From positions 5,892-69,891 of the forward strand of contig JBJLDX010000020.1 of the NCBI GenBank assembly GCA_045566175.1: a stretch of DNA of 64,000 nucleotides, read 5' to 3'. The notes under the pieces are model-generated. The model was not told where the DNA came from. It saw nothing but the letters and a program-made list of their open reading frames with translations, and ran no database searches. A program made the position numbers and the translations under genes. Within the stretch, counting starts at the first letter, position 1. Each line of letters begins with the position of its first letter. Positions 20,368 through 31,057 of the stretch are shown piece after piece. Source of the DNA: Candidatus Pelagibacter sp. GTDB taxonomy: Bacteria; Pseudomonadota; Alphaproteobacteria; Pelagibacterales; Pelagibacteraceae.

Positions 20368-21029
20368 GTTAAAAAAAGGGCAATCATTGAAATCAATATT
20401 TTAGATCCATCTTTAAAGGCGTTTACTTTCTTTTTTCCACCAATTCTTTTTCTCTCAAATGCTGTATTTGTTGTAAGTTTGAGACCTTTCTTTTTTGCTT
20501 TTATAGGAAGTTCAACACAAAAACTGAAATCATCTTTAATTAATTCTAGGTTTTTTACTTTTTCGGTATTACCTAGTACAAATGTATAAAGAATATCTGT
20601 TATAGGTAGAGAAAAAAAAATTTTTCCTAAAAATGAAAAAATTTTATTTCCTATAAAAGTAATAATTGTATCATCTTCACTACCTGCATTTTTTTCATAT
20701 CGACTACCAAAAACTAAATCGAAATATTTGTTATCTGCCAAATGATACATACTTTTAAGCTCATTTGGATTAAATGAACCATCAGCATTAAAAATACAAA
20801 AATATTTTGTAGTTACTTTATTAATTCCTTCAATCAAAGCATTTCCATAACCTTTTTGAGATTGTTTTAAAATTCCACAATCATAATTTTTAATAGAGCC
20901 AATTGTCTCAAAATCTGTATGTTCAAGGACCACTAAAATTTTTACATCATATTTTTTTAATTCATTTAAAACATGAGGTAATGACTCCTTTTCATTTTTT
21001 GCAGGTATTACTAAAGTGAGATTGTCCAT
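20364..21029 (-). CDS. GT2, DPM1/GtrB-like polyprenol-phosphate glycosyltransferase
   Basis: IPAKNE, GYGNAL, NADGS, FGSRY, ITD, ERKRIGG.KK....DG. Confidence 0.78.
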   Translation of the reverse strand: MDNLTLVIPAKNEKESLPHVLNELKKYDVKILVVLEHTDFETIGSIKNYDCGILKQSQKGYGNALIEGINKVTTKYFCIFNADGSFNPNELKSMYHLADNKYFDLVFGSRYEKNAGSEDDTIITFIGNKIFSFLGKIFFSLPITDILYTFVLGNTEKVKNLELIKDDFSFCVELPIKAKKKGLKLTTNTAFERKRIGGKKKVNAFKDGSKILISMIALFLT

Positions 21030-21162
21030 AAAATAAATGGTTTCTTATGCTTTTATTTATATATTAATAACTTTAAATTTTACTTATCTTATATATAAGG
21101 TTTTTGAAATAATTTTATAACTATCTTTTTATATTTCAATTAATAAATAAAATTGAATATTA

Positions 21163-22833
21163 ATGAATTTAATAATTTTTTTATCCTCATATTTTATAAT
21201 TACAACCTCCTTAATTGGTTATGGCTCTGTATTACAAAAAATTTTGAATAAAAAATTAGAATTAGAATTTGAATTTAATTTATTAGGTTCAATTCTTTTT
21301 TTGATTGTTCTGTCATTTTCCACACACTTTTTTTTTAGCCATAATTATTTACATAATGGAATTGTTATTATATTGGGATTTATATTTTTTTTAATAACAA
21401 TTATTAAAAATAAAAGATTATTAAACAAGTACTCAAAATATTTTATACTAATATTTAGTGTCTTAATTTTTGGATTAATGATCTCAAAAACACATGACGA
21501 TTTTTCATATTATCATTTCCCATATACATATTATTTGACACAAGAAAATTTAATGATAGGAACAGGAATTCTTAATCATGGTTTTAGGACTCCTTCATCA
21601 ATTTTTTATCTTAATTCAATATTTTATCTTCCTTATATTAAATATTTTTCATTCAATATAGGAGCAACTCTTTTATTAGGAGTTTCAAACTTAATTCTAA
21701 TTTTTAAATTAATAAAAGATTATGAGAATAAAAGATATGATTTTGTCTTTCTATTAACTTTATTTTCATTCTTATTTATTAATGTATTCTTTTATAGAAT
21801 ATCAGAACATGGCACTGATCGTTCTGCACAAATTTTAATTTTAATATTATTTATTGAGATATTATCTTTACTTAGAAATAAAATTATTTTATCCAATTTT
21901 TTTTCTAAAATATTTATACTTTTGGGAATAATAATATCATTAAAAGCTTTCTATGTTTTATATTTATTAACATTAATACCTGTTTTAGTTTTTTTTAAAA
22001 AACAAAAAATTAAATATTTAATTAAGACATGTTACGAAAATTTTTATTTTTATCTTTTTATTTTAGTTGGATTACTTTTAATGATGGTAAATATTTTTAA
22101 CTCGGGATGTCTTTTATATCCTGTTGAATTTACATGTTTCACAAATTTGGAGTGGTCTTTAAAAGATCAAGCTAAAATTATGAATGATTGGTATGAGCAG
22201 TGGTCAAAAGCAGGGGCAGGACCAAATTTTCGGGTAGAAGATCCTGGAAATTATATTCAAGGATTCAACTGGGTAAGTAATTGGATTGATAAGTATTTTT
22301 TTAATAAAGTTTCAGACTTTATATCTGGAATTATATTTTTAATTGCTATTATTTTTTTAACTTTTTATTCAAAAAAATATAAAAAAATAAAAATAGATAA
22401 TAAAATTTATGGAGTCTATGCCATTTTAATTGTCCTAATAATTGAGTGGTTTTACCATCACCCAAGTTTAAGATACGGTGGGTTTAGTCTTATAGCTCTT
22501 ATTTTTTTTATTCCAGTGTCAATCTATATCTCAAGATTTCAATTAGAAAAAAATTTGAAAAAAAAAATATTTATTTTAATAACATGCAGTTTAATAATAT
22601 TTATAGCACGAAATACAAATAGAATTTATAAAGAAGTGAATCAATACAATTATGATTTAATAAATAAACCATTTTATTCAGTAGAGGAAAATTATTTTAA
22701 AATAGACAATTTTATGAAAGAAATTAAAAAAAATTATGATAATTGTAAAAATGTAAGCTCACCTGATTGCAATATTTATAATGGAATAAAAATTAAGGAA
22801 AAGAATAATTACTTTTTTCTTATAAGAAAATGA
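21163..22833 (+). CDS. Polytopic membrane protein, putative GT-C glycosyltransferase
   Basis: Many hydrophobic segments, acidic HDDF motif in an early loop, large C-terminal loop; divergent from GT2. Confidence 0.5.
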   Translation: MNLIIFLSSYFIITTSLIGYGSVLQKILNKKLELEFEFNLLGSILFLIVLSFSTHFFFSHNYLHNGIVIILGFIFFLITIIKNKRLLNKYSKYFILIFSVLIFGLMISKTHDDFSYYHFPYTYYLTQENLMIGTGILNHGFRTPSSIFYLNSIFYLPYIKYFSFNIGATLLLGVSNLILIFKLIKDYENKRYDFVFLLTLFSFLFINVFFYRISEHGTDRSAQILILILFIEILSLLRNKIILSNFFSKIFILLGIIISLKAFYVLYLLTLIPVLVFFKKQKIKYLIKTCYENFYFYLFILVGLLLMMVNIFNSGCLLYPVEFTCFTNLEWSLKDQAKIMNDWYEQWSKAGAGPNFRVEDPGNYIQGFNWVSNWIDKYFFNKVSDFISGIIFLIAIIFLTFYSKKYKKIKIDNKIYGVYAILIVLIIEWFYHHPSLRYGGFSLIALIFFIPVSIYISRFQLEKNLKKKIFILITCSLIIFIARNTNRIYKEVNQYNYDLINKPFYSVEENYFKIDNFMKEIKKNYDNCKNVSSPDCNIYNGIKIKEKNNYFFLIRK

Positions 22834-23543
22834 TAAATTTTTTAGTTAAAAATATTTTAATTTTTTTTGATTATTTTCATAAAAAAAAAATCATTAATAA
22901 TTTGAAAAAAATCACTTCTGATGGCTATTTAAAAGTAATATTAGATGTTGGTGCTCATGAAGGAGAGTCAATTGAGCTTTTCCTTAAAAATTTTAAGGTA
23001 GACCACATATTTTCATTTGAACCTTCAGAATTTACTTATAAAAAATTATTAACAAATAGTGAAAAGTTAAAAAAAAAATTTATTAACACGAGTATTCATT
23101 TAGAAAATTTTGCCGTAGGTAATATTGATAGAAATATTGAATTGAACTATCTGAATGAAACATCTTCTTCTACATTAAGAGAATTAAATATTAATTCTAA
23201 ATATTTTAAAAAAAAAGAAAATCTTTTTGGAAAATTAATAAATAAAAAAATTATGGTTAAACAAATAAATCTTAATAAGTATTTAGAAAAAGAGGATTTA
23301 AAAAAAATTGATTTATTAAAAATTGACACCGAAGGTTATGAGTTAGAAGTTTTAAAAGGTCTAAAAGATCTTATAAAAAGGGTATCAATTATTCTGTTTG
23401 AACATCATTATGATAACATGATTATTAAAAATTATAAATTTAGTGACATAAATCAATTATTAAGAAATAATGGATTTAAAAGAGCTTATAAAATCAAAAT
23501 GCCTTTTAGAAAAACTTTTGAGTATATCTATATTAAAAAATGA
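22830..23543 (+). CDS. FkbM-family methyltransferase
   Basis: DVGAHEG, SFEP, LKIDTEGYE. Confidence 0.85.
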   Translation: MINFLVKNILIFFDYFHKKKIINNLKKITSDGYLKVILDVGAHEGESIELFLKNFKVDHIFSFEPSEFTYKKLLTNSEKLKKKFINTSIHLENFAVGNIDRNIELNYLNETSSSTLRELNINSKYFKKKENLFGKLINKKIMVKQINLNKYLEKEDLKKIDLLKIDTEGYELEVLKGLKDLIKRVSIILFEHHYDNMIIKNYKFSDINQLLRNNGFKRAYKIKMPFRKTFEYIYIKK

Positions 23544-23635
23544 ATAATTCTTATTTTATAATTATTAAAAAGAAGGAAAATATAAAGTTTAATTTACCAA
23601 TTGGAAAAAAAGATATATAAAATTTTTTTAAAAAT

Positions 23636-24682
23636 ATGAAAAAAAAAACTGCCTTAATTTTTGGTATTACAGGTCAAGATGGTTCATACCTTGCTGAAAT
23701 TTTACTTAAAAAAAATTATGTTGTACATGGAGTTAAAAGAAGATCTTCAAGCATTAATACTTCCAGGGTAGACCATATCTACCAAGATCCTCATGATAAA
23801 AATTATAGATTTAGATTACACTATGGAGATATAACCGACTCTCTTTCTGTCTCAAGTATAATAAAAAAAATAAAACCTGATGAAATTTATAATTTAGCAG
23901 CCCAATCTCACGTTGCTGTATCTTTTGAGGTTCCAGAATATACTGCTAATGCTGATGCTTTGGGAGCATTGAGAATTTTAGAGGCTATAAAATTTCATAA
24001 ATTAGAAAAAAAAACTAAATTCTATCAAGCAGGTACATCTGAAATGTATGGCAAGGTTCAAGCAATTCCTCAAAACGAAAAAACAAATTTTTACCCACTA
24101 AGTCCATATGGTGTAGCAAAATTATATGCTTACTGGATTACCAAAAATTATAGAGAGGCTTATAAAATTTTTGCGTGTAATGGTATACTTTTTAATCATG
24201 AAAGTCCTAGAAGAGGAGAAACATTTGTTACAAAAAAGATTGTGTCAGCTCTTTGTAAAATTAAAGAAGGAAAACAAAAAAAGTTATTTTTAGGAAACCT
24301 GAATGCCAAAAGAGATTGGGGTCATGCTAGAGATTATTGCTATGCAATGTGGAAGATGCTTCAACAAAAAAATCCAGATGATTATGTGATTGCTACTGGG
24401 CGACAATATTCAATTAAACAATTTATTAATTTAACTGCAAAAAAACTTAAAATGAAAGTATTTTGGAGGGGCAAAGGAAGAAAAGAAAAAGGTTATAATG
24501 AGTTTGGATTCCCTATAATTGAATGTGATAAAAATTATTTAAGACCTTTAGATGTTAATACACTTTTAGGAGATGCAAAAAAAGCTAGAAAATTACTTAA
24601 ATGGAAACCTCAAGTAGATATAAATTTTTTAATACAAGAAATGATTGAAGCTGAATATAAACTATTAAATGCATCTAAATAA
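23636..24682 (+). CDS. gmd: GDP-mannose 4,6-dehydratase
   Basis: [39 protein letters not shown]. Confidence 0.95.
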   Translation: MKKKTALIFGITGQDGSYLAEILLKKNYVVHGVKRRSSSINTSRVDHIYQDPHDKNYRFRLHYGDITDSLSVSSIIKKIKPDEIYNLAAQSHVAVSFEVPEYTANADALGALRILEAIKFHKLEKKTKFYQAGTSEMYGKVQAIPQNEKTNFYPLSPYGVAKLYAYWITKNYREAYKIFACNGILFNHESPRRGETFVTKKIVSALCKIKEGKQKKLFLGNLNAKRDWGHARDYCYAMWKMLQQKNPDDYVIATGRQYSIKQFINLTAKKLKMKVFWRGKGRKEKGYNEFGFPIIECDKNYLRPLDVNTLLGDAKKARKLLKWKPQVDINFLIQEMIEAEYKLLNASK

Positions 24683-25610
24683 AAAAAGTAAAATATTCAT
24701 TGCAGGTCATAAAGGGATGGTAGGATCATCTATATTACGTCATTTTAAAAAAAAAGGTTATAAAAATTTATTTTATAAAGATAAAAGTTCTTTAGATCTT
24801 CTTGATCAAAAAAAAACTTTTAATTACTTGAAAAAAATCAAACCAGACTTTGTAATAATTGCTGCAGCAAAAGTAGGAGGAATACTTGCAAATAGAGAAC
24901 AAAAAGCAGAATTTATATATGAAAATATAATGATACAAACTAACTTAATTCATTCTTCATATTTGGTAAAAGTAAAAAAATTAATTTTTTTAGGTTCTAG
25001 TTGTATTTATCCAAAACATTCAAAACAACCAATTAAAGAAAGTTATTTAATGACAGGCAAACTTGAGGAAACAAATGAAAATTATTCTGTGGCTAAAATA
25101 GCTGGTTATCAAATGTGTGATGCTTATAATAAGCAATATAAAACAAACTTTGTTTGTTTAATGCCAACGAACCTTTATGGACCAAATGATAATTATAGTT
25201 TGAAAACTTCTCATTTTTTTCCAGCATTAATTTCAAAGATATATTTTGCTAAAAAGAATAAAAGAAAATTTATCACTATTTGGGGTAATGGTAGTCCAAA
25301 AAGAGAATTAATGTATGTTGATGATTTAGCTGATGCGTGTGAGTTTTTTTTAAAACGAAAAACAAACCATTCATTAATTAATATTGGTAATGGACAAGAA
25401 AAAACAATTTTAGATTATTGTAAATTTATATTAAGAAAGATTGATGCTAACTTAAAAGTGAAATTTGATAAAAAAAAACCAAATGGAACACCTAGAAAAA
25501 AATTAAATTCAAATCTAGCAATTAAATATGGGTGGAAGTCAAAATTTGATTTAAATACAGGTTTTAATTTCACATACAAAGATTTTTTAAAAAAGACTGG
25601 TCTTAACTAA
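24669..25610 (+). CDS. fcl: GDP-L-fucose synthase
   Basis: [33 protein letters not shown]. Confidence 0.93.
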   Translation: MHLNKKSKIFIAGHKGMVGSSILRHFKKKGYKNLFYKDKSSLDLLDQKKTFNYLKKIKPDFVIIAAAKVGGILANREQKAEFIYENIMIQTNLIHSSYLVKVKKLIFLGSSCIYPKHSKQPIKESYLMTGKLEETNENYSVAKIAGYQMCDAYNKQYKTNFVCLMPTNLYGPNDNYSLKTSHFFPALISKIYFAKKNKRKFITIWGNGSPKRELMYVDDLADACEFFLKRKTNHSLINIGNGQEKTILDYCKFILRKIDANLKVKFDKKKPNGTPRKKLNSNLAIKYGWKSKFDLNTGFNFTYKDFLKKTGLN

Positions 25611-25612
25611 AA

Positions 25613-26500
25613 ATGAAAAAATTTATTGTAGTTACAGGAGGAAGTGGTTTTGTTGGAACCAACTTAATTAAATACCTCATTGAAAAATCTAATTTTAAAA
25701 TAATAAGTTTAGATGACTATTCATCAGGTACAAAAAAAAATAACATAAAAAATAACAGAATTTTATATTTGAAGGGTAATACTAAAGAAATTGATAAACT
25801 TCTTAAAACATATAAAGGCAAAATTCATTCAATTTTTCATTTTGGAGAATTTTCAAGAATTTATCAAAGTTTTGTACAAATGAATAAATGTATTCAATCA
25901 AACTCAATTGGATCTCATGCTGTTTTTAATTTTTGTTTAAAAAATAATATTAAATTAATTTATTCTGCTACTTCAGCATCATTAGGCAATAAAGGAAAAG
26001 ATAAAGATCTTTCTCCATATGCATTTACAAAAGCAAAAAATTTAGAGATGTTAGAAAATTTAAAAAAGTGGTTTAATTTCAAATATAAAGTTATTTTTTT
26101 TTACAATGTTTATGGTCCAGGTCAAATTAAAAATGGTAACATGTCTACTGTTATAGGTATATTTGAAGATTGTTATCTAAGAAATAAACCACTACCTGTT
26201 GTTAAACCTGGCTCTCAATCTAGAAGATTTACTCATATTACAGACACAGTGAAAGTTTGTTTCAAGGCTTGGAAAAATAACAAGTATAGATTTTATAGTA
26301 TTTCAAATAGAGAGAGTTATACAATTTTAGAGGTCGCCAAAATGTTTGGTAACAAAATTAAGTTTTTACCTTCGAGAAAAGGTGAAAGATATGCATCTGC
26401 ATTAACAACTTTAAGTTTGTCAAATAAGATTCACAGAACTTACGGTAAAATAAGTTTAAAAAATTATATAAAGAACTTTAAAAAAAATCTTAAAAAATAA
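25613..26500 (+). CDS. NAD-dependent epimerase/dehydratase (extended SDR)
   Basis: GGSGFVG, SPYAFTK, NVYGP. Confidence 0.8.
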   Translation: MKKFIVVTGGSGFVGTNLIKYLIEKSNFKIISLDDYSSGTKKNNIKNNRILYLKGNTKEIDKLLKTYKGKIHSIFHFGEFSRIYQSFVQMNKCIQSNSIGSHAVFNFCLKNNIKLIYSATSASLGNKGKDKDLSPYAFTKAKNLEMLENLKKWFNFKYKVIFFYNVYGPGQIKNGNMSTVIGIFEDCYLRNKPLPVVKPGSQSRRFTHITDTVKVCFKAWKNNKYRFYSISNRESYTILEVAKMFGNKIKFLPSRKGERYASALTTLSLSNKIHRTYGKISLKNYIKNFKKNLKK

Positions 26501-26519
26501 GGTTTTTTTTGAATAAATG

Positions 26520-26548
26520 CTTGTTTACATTAAATAATATATCTATAT
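26520..26548 (+). promoter_or_regulatory. Putative sigma70 promoter of the orphan 5S rRNA
   Basis: CTTGTT-N17-CTATAT resembles the alphaproteobacterial CTTGAC-N17-CTATAT consensus; about 10 nt upstream of 5S. Confidence 0.55.
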
Positions 26549-26557
26549 AAATCACTC

Positions 26558-26671
26558 GCCGGTGATTATTGCGAAAGTGTTACACCCGATCCCATTTCGA
26601 ACTCGGAAGTTAAGCCTTTCAGCGCCGATGGTACTTTGTCTTAAGGCACGGGAGAGTAGGACATCGCCGGC
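26558..26671 (+). rRNA. rrf: 5S rRNA (not adjacent to 16S/23S)
   Basis: GCCGGTG...CGCCGGC terminal helix; CCCGATCCCATTTCGAACTCGGAAGTTAAG, GCCGATGGTACT and GGGAGAGTAGG conserved blocks. Confidence 0.95.
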
Positions 26672-26686
26672 TAAAAAAATCATATT

Positions 26687-26812
26687 ATGAAAATTAAAAG
26701 CTCGCTTAAATCGATTAAAAAAAGAGACCTTAATTCTAAATTGGTAAGAAGAAGAGGTAGAGTTTACGTAATTAATAAAACAAACCCAAAATTTAAAGCA
26801 CGTCAAAAATAA
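26687..26812 (+). CDS. rpmJ: 50S ribosomal protein L36 (Zn-free type B), 41 aa; missing from ORF track
   Basis: Manual translation [41 protein letters not shown]. Confidence 0.93.
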   Translation: MKIKSSLKSIKKRDLNSKLVRRRGRVYVINKTNPKFKARQK

Positions 26813-26818
26813 TTATTT

Positions 26819-26929
26819 ATGGATAACGAAAACCATAAAAATACGTGGAATAATTTTACAAAATTTGTTCTGTGGGGAACTGTCGCTGTTATAGTAGTTT
26901 TAGTTTTAATGGCATTATTCTTATTATAG
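26819..26929 (+). CDS. aa3-type cytochrome c oxidase subunit IV, 36 aa; missing from ORF track
   Basis: MDNENHKNTWNNFTKFVLWGTVAVIVVLVLMALFLL: H..TW..F motif plus one TM helix; upstream of pntA as in other alphaproteobacteria. Confidence 0.75.
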   Translation: MDNENHKNTWNNFTKFVLWGTVAVIVVLVLMALFLL

Positions 26930-26938
26930 ATTTTTAAT

Positions 26939-28027
26939 ATGAGAATTGCCTCCATTCTAGAAAATCAAAAAATTGAAAAAAGAATTTCAATTACTCCAGA
27001 AACAGCAAAAAAATATCTCTCTCTTGGTATGGAAGTTTCCTTGCCAAAAAATTACGGAAGCCATTTAGGTATTAACGATAATGAATATAAAGAAATTGGA
27101 GTATTAATTTCAAATGATGAAAAGGAAATAATAAATAATGCTGATGTAATTCTTCAGCTAGGTTTACCTGATGATGAAAAAAGATCTTTAATTAAAAAAA
27201 ATCAAACATTAATTGGTGTTTTAAATCCTTATAATAATGATGAAAAAATAAAAGCTCTAGTAAATAGAAACGTCAATGTACTATCTTTGGAGTTGCTTCC
27301 TAGAATAACAAGGGCGCAGTCAATGGATATACTTTCATCTCAGGCTAATCTTGCAGGGTATAAGGCTGTTTTAGAATCATTTGCTAATTTTGAAAAAGCT
27401 ATTCCAATGATGATGACTGCTGCAGGAACTATTCCAGCTGCTAAGGTTTTGGTTGTAGGGGCTGGTGTTGCGGGACTTCAAGCAATAGCAACTGCAAAAA
27501 GAATGGGTGCAATAGTTTTTGCTACTGATGTAAGAACGGCTTCCAAAGAACAAGTAGAAAGCCTAGGGGGAAAATTTTTAACTGTAGAAGGGGCAGAAAA
27601 TCTTGAAACTGAAGGAGGCTATGCAAAAGAAGCATCTGATGATTTTAAGAAAAAACAAGAGGAATTATTAAGTGAAACATTAAAGAAAATTAATATTGTA
27701 ATTTGTACTGCTTTAATTCCTGGAAAAAGAGCTCCATTAATTATCAAAGATATCATGATAGATAATATGCAACCTGGATCAATAATTTATGATTTAGCAG
27801 CTATACAAGGTGGAAATACAGCATATACAGAAGTAGATAAAATAATTGATAAAAATGGTGTTAAAATTATGGGTGAAAGTAATATTCTTAATAAGCTTCC
27901 AACCTCAGCGTCAAATTTATATGCCAAGAACATATTTAATTTTGTTTCAAATTTATATGATAAAAAAAACAATAAGATAGATATAAACTTGGAAGATGAA
28001 ATAATTAATAAAACTTTAATAAAATAA
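26939..28027 (+). CDS. pntA: NAD(P) transhydrogenase alpha subunit, part 1
   Basis: PRITRAQSMDILSSQANLAGY, GAGVAGLQA, EGGYAKE. Confidence 0.95.
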   Translation: MRIASILENQKIEKRISITPETAKKYLSLGMEVSLPKNYGSHLGINDNEYKEIGVLISNDEKEIINNADVILQLGLPDDEKRSLIKKNQTLIGVLNPYNNDEKIKALVNRNVNVLSLELLPRITRAQSMDILSSQANLAGYKAVLESFANFEKAIPMMMTAAGTIPAAKVLVVGAGVAGLQAIATAKRMGAIVFATDVRTASKEQVESLGGKFLTVEGAENLETEGGYAKEASDDFKKKQEELLSETLKKINIVICTALIPGKRAPLIIKDIMIDNMQPGSIIYDLAAIQGGNTAYTEVDKIIDKNGVKIMGESNILNKLPTSASNLYAKNIFNFVSNLYDKKNNKIDINLEDEIINKTLIK

Positions 28028-28032
28028 AAACT

Positions 28033-28341
28033 ATGGAAATTGACCCTTTTATATTTAGATTTAGCATATTTATACTTTCTATATTCGTTGGATATTATGT
28101 TGTCTGGAGTGTTACACCATCTTTACATACTCCTTTAATGTCCGTAACAAATGCAATTTCTTCTGTAATAATTGTAGGAGCAATCATTGCTGGATTGGCT
28201 GGTAACTCTGAAAGTATTTTTAATACTTCAAGTATTTTTGGATTTCTAGCAATCTCTCTTGCTGCAATAAATATTTTTGGTGGTTTTCTGGTAACCCAAA
28301 GAATGCTTGCGATGTATAAAAAAAAGAAAAAGGATAAATAA
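28033..28341 (+). CDS. pntA: NAD(P) transhydrogenase alpha subunit, part 2
   Basis: VTPSLHTPLMSVTNAISS, NIFGGFLVTQRML. Confidence 0.93.
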   Translation: MEIDPFIFRFSIFILSIFVGYYVVWSVTPSLHTPLMSVTNAISSVIIVGAIIAGLAGNSESIFNTSSIFGFLAISLAAINIFGGFLVTQRMLAMYKKKKKDK

Positions 28342-29741
28342 TGATTTCTTCAAATTTATCAGCTATTTTTTACTTAATTTCAGGTGTGCTGTTTATTTTG
28401 GCCTTAAGAGGACTGTCTTCACCTGAAACATCAAGACAGGGTAATTTTTTTGGAATTATAGGTATGGTAATTGCTATAACAGTTACATTCTTATCTGTGG
28501 GAAATTTTTCAAGTGGATTTATATATGTTTTAATTTTTCTTCTTTTAGGAGGTTTGATAGGAGCTTTTATAGCCTACAGAATTCCTATGACAGCTATGCC
28601 AGAACTTGTTGCTGGCTTCCACAGTCTTGTAGGACTTGCGGCAGTATTTGTAGCTATATCTGCTTTTTTAAATCCTGAAGCTTTTAATCTTGGTACACCT
28701 GGAAATATTAAACTTGGAAGTTTAATTGAAATGTCAATAGGTGCTGCAGTTGGCGCTATAACTTTTTCAGGATCCATAATTGCTTTTTTAAAGCTCCAAG
28801 GAGTAATGTCAGGATCACCAATAACATTTAAAGGTCAGCACCCACTAAATGCATTAATATTAATCTCTATAATAGTTTTAACTTACTTGCTTTGCTCAAC
28901 CCAGTCCTCAAATTTATTTTGGATTTTACTGGCAGTATCTTTTTTGATTGGTTTTTTATTAATAATTCCAATTGGAGGTGCAGACATGCCAGTGGTAATT
29001 TCTATGTTAAATTCATATTCTGGCTGGGCAGCCGCTGGAATTGGATTTACATTAGAAAACACAGCTCTTATTATTACAGGGGCTTTAGTAGGTTCTTCAG
29101 GGGCAATTTTATCATACATTATGTGTAAGGGAATGAACCGATCATTTTTTAATGTAATACTAGGAGGATTTGGTGCAACAGATCAATCAACTTCCTCTAA
29201 AGATAAAGAACAAAAACCTGTTAAAAGTGGTAATGCAGAGGATGCAGCCTTCTTAATGAAAAATGCTTCTTCAGTTATAATTGTTCCTGGATATGGTATG
29301 GCAGTAGCACAAGCTCAACATGCGCTTAAAGAGATGGTAGATACACTAAAAAAAAATGATATTAAAGTTTCTTATGCAATTCATCCAGTTGCAGGTCGTA
29401 TGCCAGGTCACATGAATGTTTTATTAGCAGAGGCGAATGTGCCTTATGATGAAGTTTTTGAATTAGAGGAGATTAATAATGATTTTGCTAATGCTGATGT
29501 AGCATTTGTTATTGGAGCAAACGATGTTACCAATCCAGTTGCTAAAACAGACCCCCAAAGCCCGATTTATGGTATGCCCGTATTAGATGTAGAAAAATGT
29601 AAGTCAGTACTCTTTGTTAAAAGAAGTTTATCCCCAGGCTATGCTGGAATTGATAATGATCTATTTTATAGAGAAAATACACTAATGTTATTTGCTGATG
29701 CAAAAAAAATGACTGAAGATATAATTAAATCTCTAAGTTAA
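28341..29741 (+). CDS. pntB: NAD(P) transhydrogenase beta subunit
   Basis: MPELVAGFHSLVG, GGADMPVVISMLNSYSG, HPVAGRMPGHMNVLLAEA. Confidence 0.96.
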   Translation: MISSNLSAIFYLISGVLFILALRGLSSPETSRQGNFFGIIGMVIAITVTFLSVGNFSSGFIYVLIFLLLGGLIGAFIAYRIPMTAMPELVAGFHSLVGLAAVFVAISAFLNPEAFNLGTPGNIKLGSLIEMSIGAAVGAITFSGSIIAFLKLQGVMSGSPITFKGQHPLNALILISIIVLTYLLCSTQSSNLFWILLAVSFLIGFLLIIPIGGADMPVVISMLNSYSGWAAAGIGFTLENTALIITGALVGSSGAILSYIMCKGMNRSFFNVILGGFGATDQSTSSKDKEQKPVKSGNAEDAAFLMKNASSVIIVPGYGMAVAQAQHALKEMVDTLKKNDIKVSYAIHPVAGRMPGHMNVLLAEANVPYDEVFELEEINNDFANADVAFVIGANDVTNPVAKTDPQSPIYGMPVLDVEKCKSVLFVKRSLSPGYAGIDNDLFYRENTLMLFADAKKMTEDIIKSLS

Positions 29742-31000
29742 AATCAATTTTAAACTATTCTTAGATAAATTAATTAAAAGAAATAATACATAAAATACAA
29801 AGTACCTTTTTCCCAAACTATTTATACTATAAATTTTACCTTTATCAAATTTGAAAAAAAATAATAATGCGAACAATAAAACTGGATCAAAATATTTATA
29901 ATAAATTGTATATTGTAAATTATACAAGATAATTGTTATTAAAATTAAAATATTATTTAAATTATAAATTTTTAGTAAATCAAAAAAAATTATTGAAATT
30001 AAAAAAATTAAAAATAAAAAAAGGTTGTTATTAAATATTATGTTTGATATTTGATAAAAAAGACCACCTCCAGCTCCACTTTTAAAATTAAAAAGGTAAA
30101 TAGAAATAAAAAAGATAATTATCATAATTATATTTTTTACTCTTAAAATATTAAAGTAATCATTTTTAAGCTTTATCTTTTTAATTAAGGGCAAAATAAA
30201 AAGAAACAATATTGAGGAAATTATGATTAATTTGTTAGCAAAATTAAATTTTTCAAGATATGAAATTTTATAGACAGTATTATGAAATAAGTAAAAATCC
30301 TTCCAAATTAAAAAAAATATAGCTGGCAAAGCTAAAAACAATACAAATATTGCTAAAATTAGTGTTTTAAAAGTAAATTTAAATTCATCTAAAAATTTTG
30401 CTCCATAAAATAAAATAAACATTGCAAAATTAGGGAGTGAAATAAGATGCAATAGATAAATTTAAGATACAAAAAAAACTATTTTTCATTTTTATATTCA
30501 TATTCTGAGATTTTTTAAACTTTAAATAAAAATATATTGAAATTATAAAAAAATTTATTGCCCAGAGAAGAGGGTAAGGATGAGCAGTTAAAGATCTAAT
30601 TGTAGGTGATAATAATATAGTGCAAATAAAAAAAATTTGTGTTTCTTGATTTATATTTTCATAATTTATTTTTAATGATTTTAGAAAAAAAGAAATAATT
30701 CCAAAAATAAAAATCAAATTTAAATATCTTAAATATTCTAGTTCAAAACCAAACTGTATAAGTTTAGATACTATTATGTAGAAAATCGGAGAATTACGAA
30801 CTTCATCATTATTACCATATTCTGATAAAGTGCTTTTAAAATCGGTTGCAAATGAAAAAAAATATTGTTCATGATATTTATAATCATTATATGCACCCAC
30901 CCAGAGAGTCTTCCTGCAATATAAATCCATAAATAAAAGAAATAAATACAGACACGACACAAACTAAAATTAATTTATAATTGTATCTTTTTAATTCCAT
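29733..31000 (-). CDS. Polytopic membrane protein (putative GT-C), about 421 aa when two +1 frameshifts are removed
   Basis: ATG at 31000 gives MELKRYNYKLILVCVVSVFISFIYGFILQEDSLGG; removing one base at 30896-30898 and one at 30433-30435 joins it to ORFs 30430-30960 and 29733-30452. Confidence 0.65.
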
Positions 31001-31057
31001 AATTTAATTATATATACTGATTTATAAATTGAATTATACATTTTAAAGTTATTTTTA

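Noticed and set aside
26481-26510. Hairpin plus T run at the end of the island as a terminator
   Set aside because: The stem is almost all A-T with a G-U pair, too weak to call
26552-26806. 84-aa minus-strand ORF
   Set aside because: It is antisense to the 5S rRNA and rpmJ
26939-28341. Split pntA as a pseudogene
   Set aside because: A two-gene alpha subunit is the normal arrangement in many alphaproteobacteria
30774-30962. 62-aa ORF, and ORFs 30430-30960 and 29733-30452 as separate genes
   Set aside because: Explained as alternative frames or fragments of one frameshifted gene starting at 31000
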